Positions 29,477-39,647 of a stretch of 64,000 bases of DNA are shown one piece after another. A program made the position numbers and the translations under genes. Within the stretch, counting starts at the first letter, position 1. Each line of letters begins with the position of its first letter. Source of the stretch: Candidatus Latescibacterota bacterium (GTDB taxonomy: Bacteria > Latescibacterota > UBA2968 > GCA-2709665). The notes beneath the pieces are model-generated. The model was not told where the DNA came from. It searched no databases and was given only the letters and a program-made list of their open reading frames with translations. The DNA is taken from the NCBI GenBank assembly GCA_965208835.1, contig OZ242358.1, positions 3,872,001 through 3,936,000 on the forward strand, given 5' to 3'.

Positions 29477-31597
29477 TCAGGCGCCGCCGCGAGGCGGTTT
29501 GATGGACTGTGGTCGCGTCTCGGATTGGTCCTGTCTGCCCTGCCGTTCCGATTGCGCCACGATGGCCTCCGCGACCATGAACACGAGCGCCAGGCCCAGC
29601 GCAAGCCGCCAGAGTTCCCTGCCCCCTCGCGCTTCCCGGACTGCGGCCGCAGGGGATGTTTGCGGCTCAACAATACGCAGACGTGCCCCCGCGAACACTT
29701 TTTTGAGCCGATCCGATGACGCGGGTGTTGGATCCCCTTCCCCCGCATCGATACGAACTGCGAATCGGTCCGTCAGACGGTCCCGGGCGTAGATTTCCCA
29801 GACTCCGGGTATATCCACCTTCCCAACCGGCCAGACCGAGTGTACGCCGCGTTGCTCGGGCCAGATGGTTCGGGACTCGCCGGCGGGAGGTTTCAGCAGG
29901 GCCTCACGGGCTTGAACGTCAGACCGGTTCCTATACACCCTTTCGCCCACGGAATAGTCTGACTGACCGGGAGACCCCGCCGCCAGATACCGGCTCAACC
30001 GATGTATGAGCGGAACGAAGATTCCCGTAAGTGGCAGGTCGGTCCATCCCAGATCGGAATCCAGGCCTGCGGCAAACAGCGCCACGCGACCGGCGCCAAG
30101 GCTGGTCTCGGCCAGTGCGGGGTCACCGCTGCGAAACAGCAGAACAGGCTGAGATGAGTCGCCCAGCCGCAACCGGCAGTACGCGTAAAAACGGGGCGTT
30201 CGCAGTCCTTCAGCCGGACCGAAGTCCCTGAAAACCGCATGGTCCGGGAGCGCTTCACGCAGTCGGTGATAGGTCTTGTTTTGCCCGGGAGAACCTTCGA
30301 TGCCCACGAGCGACGCCGAAAACAGGCCCGGAAGCAATACAGCATTGTAGAACCGGAAATCCACTTGATCCCCCAGGACGATCATCAGTCCCATTCCGCT
30401 CCGCACCCGATATTCAATGATCTTCACGGTACCGGCTGACAACCGCGACACGTTGAACAACAGGGCCACGTCCGTTTCATACAAGAGATCCGCGTTCAAT
30501 TCACCAGGCCGAACCGATCGGACCGATACCGCCTGCCCCGACCCTGCTTCCAGGGCCTTTGCGACGAAATAGGTTTCATCGTTATTTTCGGCCACCAGAA
30601 GCACCCTCACGCGCTCAGGGATGTTCAGGACCGACGTGTACACGTTATCCGCCGCCAGGTCGTCGTCACCCAGTTCGACGCGCAAGGGAACCTGTCCTCC
30701 CCTCTCGGGAACGAACCGGAAGTGGAGACGCCGGGAGGTCCCTGGCTCGGTACGAATCACCTGCTGACCGATCCGACGTCCGTCAAGATAGACCTGTACC
30801 GGCGCGCGCAGCCGGACGGGGCCGCCGTAGTCCGTTAACGACACCCTCAGCGTCGAAACGCTTCCGGCGGAAAGGATCCCTTCGACGGGGGCCGCATGCC
30901 GGATGCCCATATTGTTAGGCTCGGACGGCCGTACCGGTACGCAAAATACGGTAAAACCACTTTCCTCGAAGAGCGTATCGGGTACCTCCGACCAGCCGTT
31001 TCTGGCAAAATCCGAAACGACGTAGAGCTCCCTGTTCGGAATCTCCGTCTGTGAGGCACGCGTCAGTGCAGCCTCCAGCGCGGGTTGAAAATCCGTCCCG
31101 CGGTACGTGTGCCGCATAACCTCGAGCCTTGCCGCAAGACGGTCGGGACGCCCGGGCTCGACCTCCTCCACGCGGTCATCCACATGAAACAGGCGTACAT
31201 CGTCCTGTGCATTGAACAGTTGCAGGACCTCTTTCGTCCGGTTTCGAGCGCGGTCAAAGAGGGTACCCTCGTGTACCCTGTAACTCATGCTCAGAGAGCG
31301 ATCCAGCAGTAGCGCAGCAGAAGTTCGAACCGCGCCGCCGCCATCTACTCCTTTTATCCGGGGACGCGCAAATCCAAGTACCAGGAACACGATAACCAGT
31401 GTGCGGAGTATCAGAGCCAGAATCTGCTTCAGCCTGAAGCGTCGCATTCGATCCTGCTGAAGCGTTTCAAGGAGAGCCACGTTGCTGAATGCGACGGTCA
31501 CGGCCCTCCTGCGGTTTAGCAGGTGGATCGCCAGCGGCAGCAACGCGGCCCACAACCCGTGCAGTACGGCAGGAGATGAAAAGGATAGACCGAACAT
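29477..31597 (-). CDS. BatA N-terminal double-TM + vWA domain protein
   Basis: LPLAIHLLNRRR...FSN...LILR...FARP (BatA); DRSLSM MIDAS; VSDF; C-terminal TM RELWR...AEA. Confidence 0.88.
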   Translation of the reverse strand: MFGLSFSSPAVLHGLWAALLPLAIHLLNRRRAVTVAFSNVALLETLQQDRMRRFRLKQILALILRTLVIVFLVLGFARPRIKGVDGGGAVRTSAALLLDRSLSMSYRVHEGTLFDRARNRTKEVLQLFNAQDDVRLFHVDDRVEEVEPGRPDRLAARLEVMRHTYRGTDFQPALEAALTRASQTEIPNRELYVVSDFARNGWSEVPDTLFEESGFTVFCVPVRPSEPNNMGIRHAAPVEGILSAGSVSTLRVSLTDYGGPVRLRAPVQVYLDGRRIGQQVIRTEPGTSRRLHFRFVPERGGQVPLRVELGDDDLAADNVYTSVLNIPERVRVLLVAENNDETYFVAKALEAGSGQAVSVRSVRPGELNADLLYETDVALLFNVSRLSAGTVKIIEYRVRSGMGLMIVLGDQVDFRFYNAVLLPGLFSASLVGIEGSPGQNKTYHRLREALPDHAVFRDFGPAEGLRTPRFYAYCRLRLGDSSQPVLLFRSGDPALAETSLGAGRVALFAAGLDSDLGWTDLPLTGIFVPLIHRLSRYLAAGSPGQSDYSVGERVYRNRSDVQAREALLKPPAGESRTIWPEQRGVHSVWPVGKVDIPGVWEIYARDRLTDRFAVRIDAGEGDPTPASSDRLKKVFAGARLRIVEPQTSPAAAVREARGGRELWRLALGLALVFMVAEAIVAQSERQGRQDQSETRPQSIKPPRGGA

Positions 31598-31710
31598 GGC
31601 GATCAGACCCGGAAACAGAACCTACAAGTGAACCCGTGGGTCCGGTTCATATACAAAAAAAGCCTGCTTCTCAATTGATCGCAGGCTGACGTTCTTACCG
31701 GAGCGTTCTA

Positions 31711-32172
31711 TCAGGAATGAAGTCTCTCTTCTTCCTCAATGCAGGCAATCAGTGACTCCCGGTCTTCCGATTCAATGAGATGCCGTCGAAACGCCTCGCC
31801 TTTGAGCAGGCGCGAGATTCGCGCCAACGCCTTGATATGCGGTCCTGAAACATCCATTGGCGAAACCAGCAGGAAGAAAATGAAGGTTGGCTGGTCGTCC
31901 AGGGCGTCGAAGTCGACGCCTTCCCGCTTGATGCCAAGTACACCGCCCAGTTCGCTAACGAACTCGGATTTGCCATGCGGAATGGCGATGCCATGACCGA
32001 TACCGGTACTCATTATTTCCTCGCGAAGAAGCACCGCTTCAAGTACCCTGTGTCGATCGGTGATTTTCTCACTGTCTACGGCATCGACCAGCTCCTCGAG
32101 AATTTCCCGCTTGTTCCGGCCCCTCAACCCGGAAATAACCGACCTGCCTGAAAGAATCTCCATCAGGGTCAT
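31711..32172 (-). CDS. PTS sugar/nitrogen-type IIA component (PtsN-like)
   Basis: REEIMSTGIGHGIAIPHGK, GVDFDALD, HIKALARISRLL. Confidence 0.92.
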   Translation of the reverse strand: MTLMEILSGRSVISGLRGRNKREILEELVDAVDSEKITDRHRVLEAVLLREEIMSTGIGHGIAIPHGKSEFVSELGGVLGIKREGVDFDALDDQPTFIFFLLVSPMDVSGPHIKALARISRLLKGEAFRRHLIESEDRESLIACIEEEERLHS

Positions 32173-32209
32173 GAATGCGTCTCCCGCGAACACCCCGTAA
32201 CCACCGCAA

Positions 32210-32395
32210 GAAGCTTTCTTAAAATTACCGGTGAGTTCCCGAGCGCGAGCGAAAAAGTGGCGGTCAAGGCGGGAAAATCCGCCTATGAGAGGCGAGCAAG
32301 CGCAGCCTCGATCTCGTAAGACGGGTGGGTTTGACCAACGCCGACCGCCGCTTTTGCAGCCGCGCGAAGACCGCTGGGAGTTTTAAGACAGCTTC
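32210..32395 (+). mobile_element. MITE-like element copy 2 (186 bp, long variant)
   Basis: Same ends and body as copy 1, with a longer centre (cctatgagaggcgagcaagcgcagcctcgatctcgtaag); near-identical to 44082-44267 in reverse. Confidence 0.8.
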
Positions 32396-32435
32396 TTAAT
32401 ATCCGGCGCCTGTACAGCCAGACCCGGCGAAGCGA

Positions 32436-32464
32436 AAAATAACCCATAGCTTGTTCGTAGTCAA
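32436..32464 (-). promoter_or_regulatory. Putative sigma70 promoter for PTS IIA-BatA
   Basis: TTGACT-N17-TATTTT on the minus strand. Confidence 0.45.
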
Positions 32465-32582
32465 GGGAAAAGGCACAAAAAACAGGGGGATACGCCAATG
32501 TCGGGACGGTTGACAAATGCCGGTGAAACCCTCGGCGCCAATGAACGTCCGAACATCGTCAGGCGCAGGCCCCGGGTATCGT

Positions 32583-34376
32583 CTATCCGGCGGTCCGGCC
32601 TCGGATGAGGAGTTCTCTCTCGTAACTGCGCAGCAGGTCCGAGCGGGTGATGATCCCTTCCAGTTCTTCCCGGGAATCCGAACGAAATACCGGCAGCGTA
32701 TCTGCATCCGTGTTTGAAAACTGAACAAGAGCGTCGGCCAGTGAATTTGAGGGCACCAGGGCGGGCGGTGGTTTTCCCATCACGTCTTCGGCGATCAGCA
32801 GCGCATGCATATCATACTCAAGCATCACTTCCCGAATGTCATGAAACCAGATCATGCCCTTGAACCGGCCCCTGTCGTCGAGGAGCGGAAAGTCGTTGTG
32901 GTTACTGCGGCCGATCAGGTCGACAATCTCGCGCAATGGGGTGTGTTCTCCGATAAAGTCGAATTCCGAGCGTACGATGCGCGAGACCGGTAGTTTTTCC
33001 AATACCGACAGATCCCGCCCCTGGTGTATATTCAAGCCCCTGCGCCGGAGCTTTAACGAATAGATGGACTCCCGTTCGATCACGCGCGCCACGACCACCG
33101 CCAGAACGGTCGTGAACATCAAGGGCAGAATGAGACGGTAGTTTCCAGTCATTTCAACGATAATCAGGGATGAAGTCAGCGGGGCGTGCGTCGTCGCTGC
33201 GACAAAGGCGCTCATGCCCACAACGGCGTATGCGCCGGGAGGGCTGATGACACCGGGCAACCAGCTTTGTGCGAGGCGGCCAAAAGCGCCGCCGAGCGTG
33301 GCGCCCATGAAAAGCGATGGCGCAAAAAGACCGCCCGATGCGCCCGAGCCCACGGTCAACGAAGTACTGAGCAGCTTCAACCCCAACAGAAGACCCAGCA
33401 TGGGCAGCAGAATCTGCCCTTGAAGAGCGTCGCCGACAATCTCGTAGCCAACGCCCATCGCAGGTGGACATCCGAGACCGATAAGCCCCACCAGCGCGCC
33501 GCCGATGGCCGGCTTCAGCCACGCAGGCATCCCGAACGCGCGCCGGTTGAACAGATCTTCGGTGGCATACAGCAGCCTGATGAAGAAAGCGCCGACGAAC
33601 CCCGCGAGAATGGCGAGGATAACGTACCATCCGAGCTCGTGGAGGTTTACAAACTGATAGTCCGGTACCTCGAATACCTGGCGCTCGCCCATATAGGCCT
33701 TGGCAACGACGGCCGACATAACCGAAGAGATGACCACCGGCGTGAATGCGGCAATCGTAAAGTCCGCCAGGATGATTTCCAGTGAAAAAAGCACACCTGC
33801 GATCGGCGCGTTGAAAATGGCCGAAATTCCGGCCGAAGCGCCGCAGGCAATCAACGTCTTCAGGTTTGCTTCGGAGAATCTGAACAGCCGGCCGACAGTG
33901 GAGCCCCAGGCGGCCCCGATCTGGATGATCGGCCCCTCGCTTCCGGCCGATCCGCCGGACCCGAGTGTAAAAGCTGAAGCAAACGCCTTGGCAACCATCA
34001 CCCGCGCGCGAATCACACCCCGGCGGGTAACGATCGCGTTCATAACTTCCGCAACGCCTGGGCCTCGCGCCTCCACCGCGTAGTAGCAAGCGATCAAGCC
34101 GGCGGCCAGACCGCCCATGGCAGGAATCAGGGGGAATAGATAGGGCTTGCCCAGAAGTTGCGGGGCGTCAACAAGCAGCAGCCTGTGCGCCAGGTCGAGC
34201 AGCCACTGAAACAGCACGGAACCCGCTCCGCAGCCGACTCCGATCAGAATGGCCAGACTGATGAGGATGGTCTGTTCACTGAGGTTTAACCGGGGGAAGA
34301 ACCGAACGATCCGGTTACGGAAGCGCTTTGCGGCATTGAGGGGTGTCGATATGGATGGCGAGGGATCAACATCCAC
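32583..34376 (-). CDS. ClC family anion channel/transporter with CBS domains
   Basis: GPGVAE, GSEGP, FNAPIAG, GGLFAP, SIY motifs and tandem CBS; probable GTG start at 34376. Confidence 0.92.
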   Translation of the reverse strand: MDVDPSPSISTPLNAAKRFRNRIVRFFPRLNLSEQTILISLAILIGVGCGAGSVLFQWLLDLAHRLLLVDAPQLLGKPYLFPLIPAMGGLAAGLIACYYAVEARGPGVAEVMNAIVTRRGVIRARVMVAKAFASAFTLGSGGSAGSEGPIIQIGAAWGSTVGRLFRFSEANLKTLIACGASAGISAIFNAPIAGVLFSLEIILADFTIAAFTPVVISSVMSAVVAKAYMGERQVFEVPDYQFVNLHELGWYVILAILAGFVGAFFIRLLYATEDLFNRRAFGMPAWLKPAIGGALVGLIGLGCPPAMGVGYEIVGDALQGQILLPMLGLLLGLKLLSTSLTVGSGASGGLFAPSLFMGATLGGAFGRLAQSWLPGVISPPGAYAVVGMSAFVAATTHAPLTSSLIIVEMTGNYRLILPLMFTTVLAVVVARVIERESIYSLKLRRRGLNIHQGRDLSVLEKLPVSRIVRSEFDFIGEHTPLREIVDLIGRSNHNDFPLLDDRGRFKGMIWFHDIREVMLEYDMHALLIAEDVMGKPPPALVPSNSLADALVQFSNTDADTLPVFRSDSREELEGIITRSDLLRSYERELLIRGRTAG

Positions 34377-34495
34377 CGTTAAATCCCTTTTCGAGCGATT
34401 CGGCGAGGGAGCGCAACGCAGTATTCCGACCACTGGGACCGGCCGTAGCCCTGATGGGCTTTGTCAACGGGCTGCCTGGCTGATTTCGACGCCTG

Positions 34496-34524
34496 AGTAT
34501 ACCTTCCGCCACCTGTACTGTCAA
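34496..34524 (-). promoter_or_regulatory. Sigma70-type promoter for the ClC gene
   Basis: TTGACA-N17-TATACT on the minus strand. Confidence 0.65.
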
Positions 34525-34678
34525 GCGGAAAGCGGATATTGCTGGGTACGCGAAAACTTGAAACATTTCGGCCGAATCGGCGTAAAACGGAGGAAATCTG
34601 CGCTCATCGGCCGGCAAACCGCCATGACCGGCGGTAAGTCACTCCGGCTCCGGCCCATTCGAAACCGAAAGGAAATCA

Positions 34679-37087
34679 ATGCGCCCTGTTGAACACCTGC
34701 CGACGTTTTTCGCCTGGACGTGCATCGCCCTTCTGTTGGCGCCATCCCCTGTCTTTCCGCTTTCACCCACAACCGCGGACTCCCTTTACGCACGTGGACA
34801 GTCCGCGGAACGCATGGACGACGTTCGCGAAGTCGTCTCCCGGCTTAACGCGGCACTGCCTTCCACGGTCCATCCTGCCGGCATGCGGATCCGCATTGGC
34901 AATCTCTACCTGCGGTTGCAGGAGGCGGACAGCGCGGAGGTCGCCTTCAACGCCGCCGTCGAGGAGGACAGTACTCTGGCGGGCGCCTATCTCGGCCTGG
35001 GCGAAGTCCTGCTTGAACACCGGAACAGACCCCGATCCGCCCTCGTCCAGCTGCAAAGAGCTGTCGACCTGGATTCCACGTATGCGGAAGCCCACTTCAT
35101 GATGGCTCGCGCTTACCTGCGATCCAGAAAGACCACGGCAGCGAGGCGAGCCGCGGACAAGAGTATTCAGGCGGAATCGAACTACGCGGCACCATACCTG
35201 TTTCTGGCTAAACTCTACCAACGTGAAAACAACAACCGGGCCGCCTTTACGTTCTATAAAGCATATCTCGAACAGCGCCCCGAAGACCAGTCCGCGGCCT
35301 ATGAATTCGCCGTTGAACTGCTCAAGGAGAAGGAACTCGACAGAGCACGTGAAATCGCCGAACGGCTCGGGGGGGCGCGCGGCCTGCCAATCGTCGCCCA
35401 GGCACTCATGGCCGACCGCGACTATGAAGGCGCGCTTGGGGCCTTTTCGGAGTATATCGACGGCCTGAACGCTGAGGAACAGGCGCTCTTCGAAGACATA
35501 TCGCTGGTAGGTCTTTCCCGCGAAGTGAGAGCCTATCGTACGACGACGCCGGAAACGCGCGAGGCGTTCCTTCGCAACTTCTGGCTCAGAAAAGACCCCT
35601 TCAAATCGTCGGCCGGCGCGATGCGTCGTGCCGAGCACTACCGCCGGGTCTGGTACGCCCGGACGTTTTTCGGAAAGAAGAAATTCCCGTATGACCGGCG
35701 GGGTGAGATTTACATTCGCTACGGCGAGCCGGATTTCCGATCCAGCTGGCGCGAACTGAATGCACAGATGCCACTGAAGGTCCAGCGCGTTCAGGAACGC
35801 ATGGCCCACCAGCTTTACGGAAACAAGGCCCTGGCCCTGACGTTCGTGGGTCCCGTCTACCCCATTCGCTCCGCCCAGGCCTCGGAAAACACGTGGCGAA
35901 ACTCGGAGGTCCGCGCAACCTCGCAGCCGATTCAGACGATCGACGAAGCCGCTATCGGCCTCGAACGCTACAAACCCATTACCTCCAGCGGCGACTGGTC
36001 GGCCGTACCCTGGGCGGTCTGGATCTACGCAGATATCGACGGCGGCATTGAAATCGCACTCACGGACGAGTTCAACACGGGCAACTTCGACTACGCGCCG
36101 GAACCCGTCCTGGGCCCGGAAGATATCAATGAATACAATATGCAAAGCCGGGGAGGCCCATTCCGCAACATGGTCAACCGGCTGAACACCCTGTCTCCCG
36201 CGGCGCGGATGACAAGGGTTGCGAGCAAGGAACCCGAACGATATGCCTTCGAAGCGCTGGAACCGCTGGACTATTATTATGAATCCCTTTCCTTTCGCGG
36301 AATCGACGGCAAAACCGAACTGCAACTCAACATCGGCCTGCCGATCGACAATGTAGCGAGGCCCGATGACATCGACACGACCATCGTCGTCAATCGCCGC
36401 GTCGCGCTTGTAGACAGCCGCAAGGGCCGACTTCACAAACGCAGCGACGACCTCGCCGTGCCGGTTACGGACGCCAACCTGGGACGGAGCCTGCTGGCGC
36501 TGGACCGCGTGGACATTGCCGCCGCGCCGGGTGTATATCAGCTCGCGGTGGAGGCCTGGCGAAAAAAAACGGACATGCTCCAGGTCTATCAGCAGACACT
36601 GGAACTGCCCGACTATCGCGGCGGCGAACTCATGATGAGCGACATCCAGATCGCCCAGAACGTCGAGGAAGCCCGCGAAGGATCCAATTCCAAGTTCGTT
36701 CGTAAAGGCTGGGACATTCTTCCGGCGCCGTCCCGCACATTTCACGTGGGCAGATCCGTCTTCGTCTACTTCGAAGTCTACAACCTGGAAAGAGACGCCT
36801 TCGGGAACACGCGTTACGAAGTGACGTTCGAGGTCATCTCAAAGTCCACAAGCGACAAATCTCCGAGGACGTTCCTGCCCAGAATCCGTAAAGACGGTGA
36901 ATCCATCGAAGTCCGGTACGAGCAGGTGGGTACGGAAACATCGGTCTCGGACTTTGTCGAGCTGGACCTGGGACAGGCGGACCCGGGTCGCTATTCGCTT
37001 CACATGACGGTCAAGGACCTCAATGGAGACCGTAACATTAAGCGGGACAGCATTTTCCGGATAGCGGCGCGCCCGCGCCGGCGATAG
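34679..37087 (+). CDS. TPR + GWxTD-domain secreted protein
   Basis: Signal peptide, TPRs, FW..KDP...EHYRRV.YA...DRRGEIYIRYGEPD, MSDI, P.PSR.F...VFVYFEVYNL. Confidence 0.85.
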   Translation: MRPVEHLPTFFAWTCIALLLAPSPVFPLSPTTADSLYARGQSAERMDDVREVVSRLNAALPSTVHPAGMRIRIGNLYLRLQEADSAEVAFNAAVEEDSTLAGAYLGLGEVLLEHRNRPRSALVQLQRAVDLDSTYAEAHFMMARAYLRSRKTTAARRAADKSIQAESNYAAPYLFLAKLYQRENNNRAAFTFYKAYLEQRPEDQSAAYEFAVELLKEKELDRAREIAERLGGARGLPIVAQALMADRDYEGALGAFSEYIDGLNAEEQALFEDISLVGLSREVRAYRTTTPETREAFLRNFWLRKDPFKSSAGAMRRAEHYRRVWYARTFFGKKKFPYDRRGEIYIRYGEPDFRSSWRELNAQMPLKVQRVQERMAHQLYGNKALALTFVGPVYPIRSAQASENTWRNSEVRATSQPIQTIDEAAIGLERYKPITSSGDWSAVPWAVWIYADIDGGIEIALTDEFNTGNFDYAPEPVLGPEDINEYNMQSRGGPFRNMVNRLNTLSPAARMTRVASKEPERYAFEALEPLDYYYESLSFRGIDGKTELQLNIGLPIDNVARPDDIDTTIVVNRRVALVDSRKGRLHKRSDDLAVPVTDANLGRSLLALDRVDIAAAPGVYQLAVEAWRKKTDMLQVYQQTLELPDYRGGELMMSDIQIAQNVEEAREGSNSKFVRKGWDILPAPSRTFHVGRSVFVYFEVYNLERDAFGNTRYEVTFEVISKSTSDKSPRTFLPRIRKDGESIEVRYEQVGTETSVSDFVELDLGQADPGRYSLHMTVKDLNGDRNIKRDSIFRIAARPRRR

Positions 37088-37214
37088 AGGCACAGCGCGA
37101 AAAGCCGCACCCGAGCGGATGCAGGCAGGCGTCTTTGCGCTTCCCGCCTTCATTCACGACGCCTGGAGTCAGATCGTCTCTATCGAGCGCCATCCGATTC
37201 CACGATCCGACCAA

Positions 37215-37763
37215 TCACCCGACTCGCATCACCAGAGTGCCGGACACCCGATCGTGCAGCGCCTGCCGGTCCGGATGACGGCGCGTGATCCAGACGAGCG
37301 CAAGGCCGAGCAGAGAGCCGGAGTAGAGAACGACCGACCAGAGATGAAGGCCTCTTGCATCGAAGTCCGGTGGCGGCGTGAGGACGCGTCCGGCACCCAA
37401 TGCCACCTGATGGGGTTCCGCATACGGGTTCAGCACAGACAGGACGATCAGGATCGCGAAAGCAGGCGTCCACTTCACTGTGGAACGGACGAATGCCCGG
37501 GCCCGCCCGATCGCGCCACCATCCACGGAGATGACCCTCAGACTCGTCATAATCTTTCCCGGCGTCTGTCCCCTGCGCGCAAGGAAAATGGTACAGTAAA
37601 CCAGCGTGATCCCGTATTCCAGAACCAGCGCCGCTATCGGCGAGGGCGTGACCTCTCTCAGAATCCGGGAAAGCGGCAGATCCAGCAGCTTCAACATCAG
37701 CATGTCAATGACCACCGCGAGAAGCCGCCGTCCAAGCCCGGCCATTTCATCCTGCATCAGCAT
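37215..37763 (-). CDS. RDD family membrane protein
   Basis: AGLGRRLLAVVID, GQTPGK, RQALHDRVSGTLV. Confidence 0.9.
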   Translation of the reverse strand: MLMQDEMAGLGRRLLAVVIDMLMLKLLDLPLSRILREVTPSPIAALVLEYGITLVYCTIFLARRGQTPGKIMTSLRVISVDGGAIGRARAFVRSTVKWTPAFAILIVLSVLNPYAEPHQVALGAGRVLTPPPDFDARGLHLWSVVLYSGSLLGLALVWITRRHPDRQALHDRVSGTLVMRVG

Positions 37764-38187
37764 CGTGTTGAATCCCCGCCTCCGATCGCGGCGCGTGAAG
37801 CGCGATCGGCAGAAATTCCCTGAACCGCAGAAAATCGTCGTCTGTAGTCAGGACCGGCATCTCGTACCTGTGTGATACCGCGCAAATCAGGAAGTCCGTA
37901 TTCGATCCCTGAACGCCCCGGCTTCGACTCAGATTGAAAAATTCGGCTGCGCATTCATAGTCAGCGGACTTGAGCGGGAGGTCCGGAAACGCCCGTAAGC
38001 GACTTCGAAGTCCTTCGAATTGAACTTGCGAACGAATTCCGCAGAGAATCTCCTGGCGGACAGGTCCGATCAGTTGTACACGTACCTCCCTGACAAGCTC
38101 AGCCAGTTCCTCGACGACAGGATGTTCGGAAACGACTTTGCGTCTCAGTGACAAGGACCAGACGCTGGTGTCCACCATAACCTTCAT
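37747..38187 (-). CDS. vapC: PIN-domain toxin VapC
   Basis: MVDTSVWS, RQEIL.G, TDFLICA, LTTD.DF. Confidence 0.92.
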   Translation of the reverse strand: MKVMVDTSVWSLSLRRKVVSEHPVVEELAELVREVRVQLIGPVRQEILCGIRSQVQFEGLRSRLRAFPDLPLKSADYECAAEFFNLSRSRGVQGSNTDFLICAVSHRYEMPVLTTDDDFLRFREFLPIALHAPRSEAGIQHDADAG

Positions 38188-38384
38188 TTCCGATTCCGCT
38201 GTATCTTGTACTCGAAGTCCGGATCGTAGTCGACCGTATTGAACAGATCCAGTATCTGGAGCTGTCTGCGGCGCTGGACATACTCTTCGAGGGCCTCGTT
38301 GACAACAGCCCTTTTTGTTCTGTGCCCGCTGACCCGGCGGGCTTCCTCGATCAACGCGTCGTCAAGCGCAAGATTTGTCGCCAT
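38184..38384 (-). CDS. vapB: VapB-family antitoxin
   Basis: MATNLALDDALIEEA....G.RTKR..VNEALEEY; ATGA overlap with vapC. Confidence 0.92.
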   Translation of the reverse strand: MATNLALDDALIEEARRVSGHRTKRAVVNEALEEYVQRRRQLQILDLFNTVDYDPDFEYKIQRNRK

Positions 38385-38410
38385 TATACACCTCCGTCTT
38401 TACACGTCAA

Positions 38411-38432
38411 TCTACACAATACTATGTGTAGA
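38411..38432. promoter_or_regulatory. Palindromic operator upstream of vapBC
   Basis: tctacaca-atacta-tgtgtaga, a perfect 8-bp inverted repeat ~27 nt upstream of vapB. Confidence 0.6.
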
Positions 38433-38525
38433 ACCAAGCAGAAAATTCAGAGTCCAAGGACATTCCTGCCTCGAACGGACGATTTACGGCGCAGCTTTAT
38501 TGTGCTATCGGAGGAGGTTTAAACC

Positions 38526-39563
38526 GTGAGACTCCTGCAATTCCGCGATCCATCCGCCCCGAAACCCGCGCGTCTCGGGCTGGTCGAGAACGACACGGTA
38601 CTGGACCTCACGGCGTGCGAGCCCTGCCCCGAATCGGTCTACGATCTCTACTTCATACACGGAGGCGACAGCGTCGGGCTGGAAGGGGCAATCGCGCGCA
38701 TCGACACGGCGGGAGCGCCCGCCTACCGCCTGTCTGATCTGATGGACAGCGAACCCTGCGCCGATCGGCCCCACCTGACCGCGCCGGTAACGCCGCCGCC
38801 CGGTCAACCCCACCGGTTGCGGGTCTGGCTGGCGGGCGTGACCCACGCGGACAGCGCCAGGCTTCGCGAAACTGAAGCTAGAGAAGCTACAGGAGGCGCC
38901 GTAAACGTATACGATCAGAAATACAGGGAATGCGCGCAAGGCGGCATACCCGAACTCTTCGCGAAGAACGACGCGGACGCGTTGGCGGGACATCGCGGGC
39001 TCGTCTCCCGCCCTGACGATACCCGGCGCCTCGTTCCCGAAACCGAACTCGTCACGCTTTACGGACTGAACGCCCGCGGCCAGATCGAACGACTGGGCTT
39101 TACGGGCGGCAATGACTATACCGACAACGGTATTGAAGCCGAAAACCCGCTGAATCTTCCCCAGGCCAAGAACTGGCACGGCGGTTGCGCCAGCCTGGGG
39201 CCGGTTCTGGTCACGGATTCCGAATTCGACGACGCCAGCGTCGCCGTATCCTGCGAAATCCTGCGAGAGAACAAGCGAATCGCCCGAAAAACCGGACGCA
39301 CCGGACAAAGCCATCTCAATATGCCGGACCGGCTCTTCCACCTTGAGCGGTCTCTTTTCGGTCGACTCCCCCTGGGCGAAAAGTCCCTGCAACTGTTATA
39401 CTGGGGTACGCCCATCGTCTTTTCCGAAGCCGATCTGCCCAGCGGCCTCCAGGTTAACGACACCGTCCGGATGTCGTTCGGCGGTATCGGCGACCTGCAG
39501 AATTCGATCGGTCCTTTCACCAGAAACCGCCAATTGGCCTGGCTGGAAGCCAATCGGCGGTAA
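38526..39563 (+). CDS. Fumarylacetoacetate hydrolase family protein
   Basis: PELF.K, VPETEL, GNDYT..GIEAENPL.LPQAK, ASLGP, GTP motifs; RBS GGAGGAGG. Confidence 0.82.
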   Translation: MRLLQFRDPSAPKPARLGLVENDTVLDLTACEPCPESVYDLYFIHGGDSVGLEGAIARIDTAGAPAYRLSDLMDSEPCADRPHLTAPVTPPPGQPHRLRVWLAGVTHADSARLRETEAREATGGAVNVYDQKYRECAQGGIPELFAKNDADALAGHRGLVSRPDDTRRLVPETELVTLYGLNARGQIERLGFTGGNDYTDNGIEAENPLNLPQAKNWHGGCASLGPVLVTDSEFDDASVAVSCEILRENKRIARKTGRTGQSHLNMPDRLFHLERSLFGRLPLGEKSLQLLYWGTPIVFSEADLPSGLQVNDTVRMSFGGIGDLQNSIGPFTRNRQLAWLEANRR

Positions 39564-39647
39564 CCGTCCGGTGGAAGAGTCGCTCTGAAGGCGAGATGTG
39601 GTGTCCCATGCCAAAAATACGTACCCCCGTGACGCGGGGGTTAGCAC

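Noticed and set aside
34763-36745. 660-aa minus-strand ORF
   Set aside because: Antisense shadow of the GWxTD gene; no motifs; expected from GC-rich codon bias.
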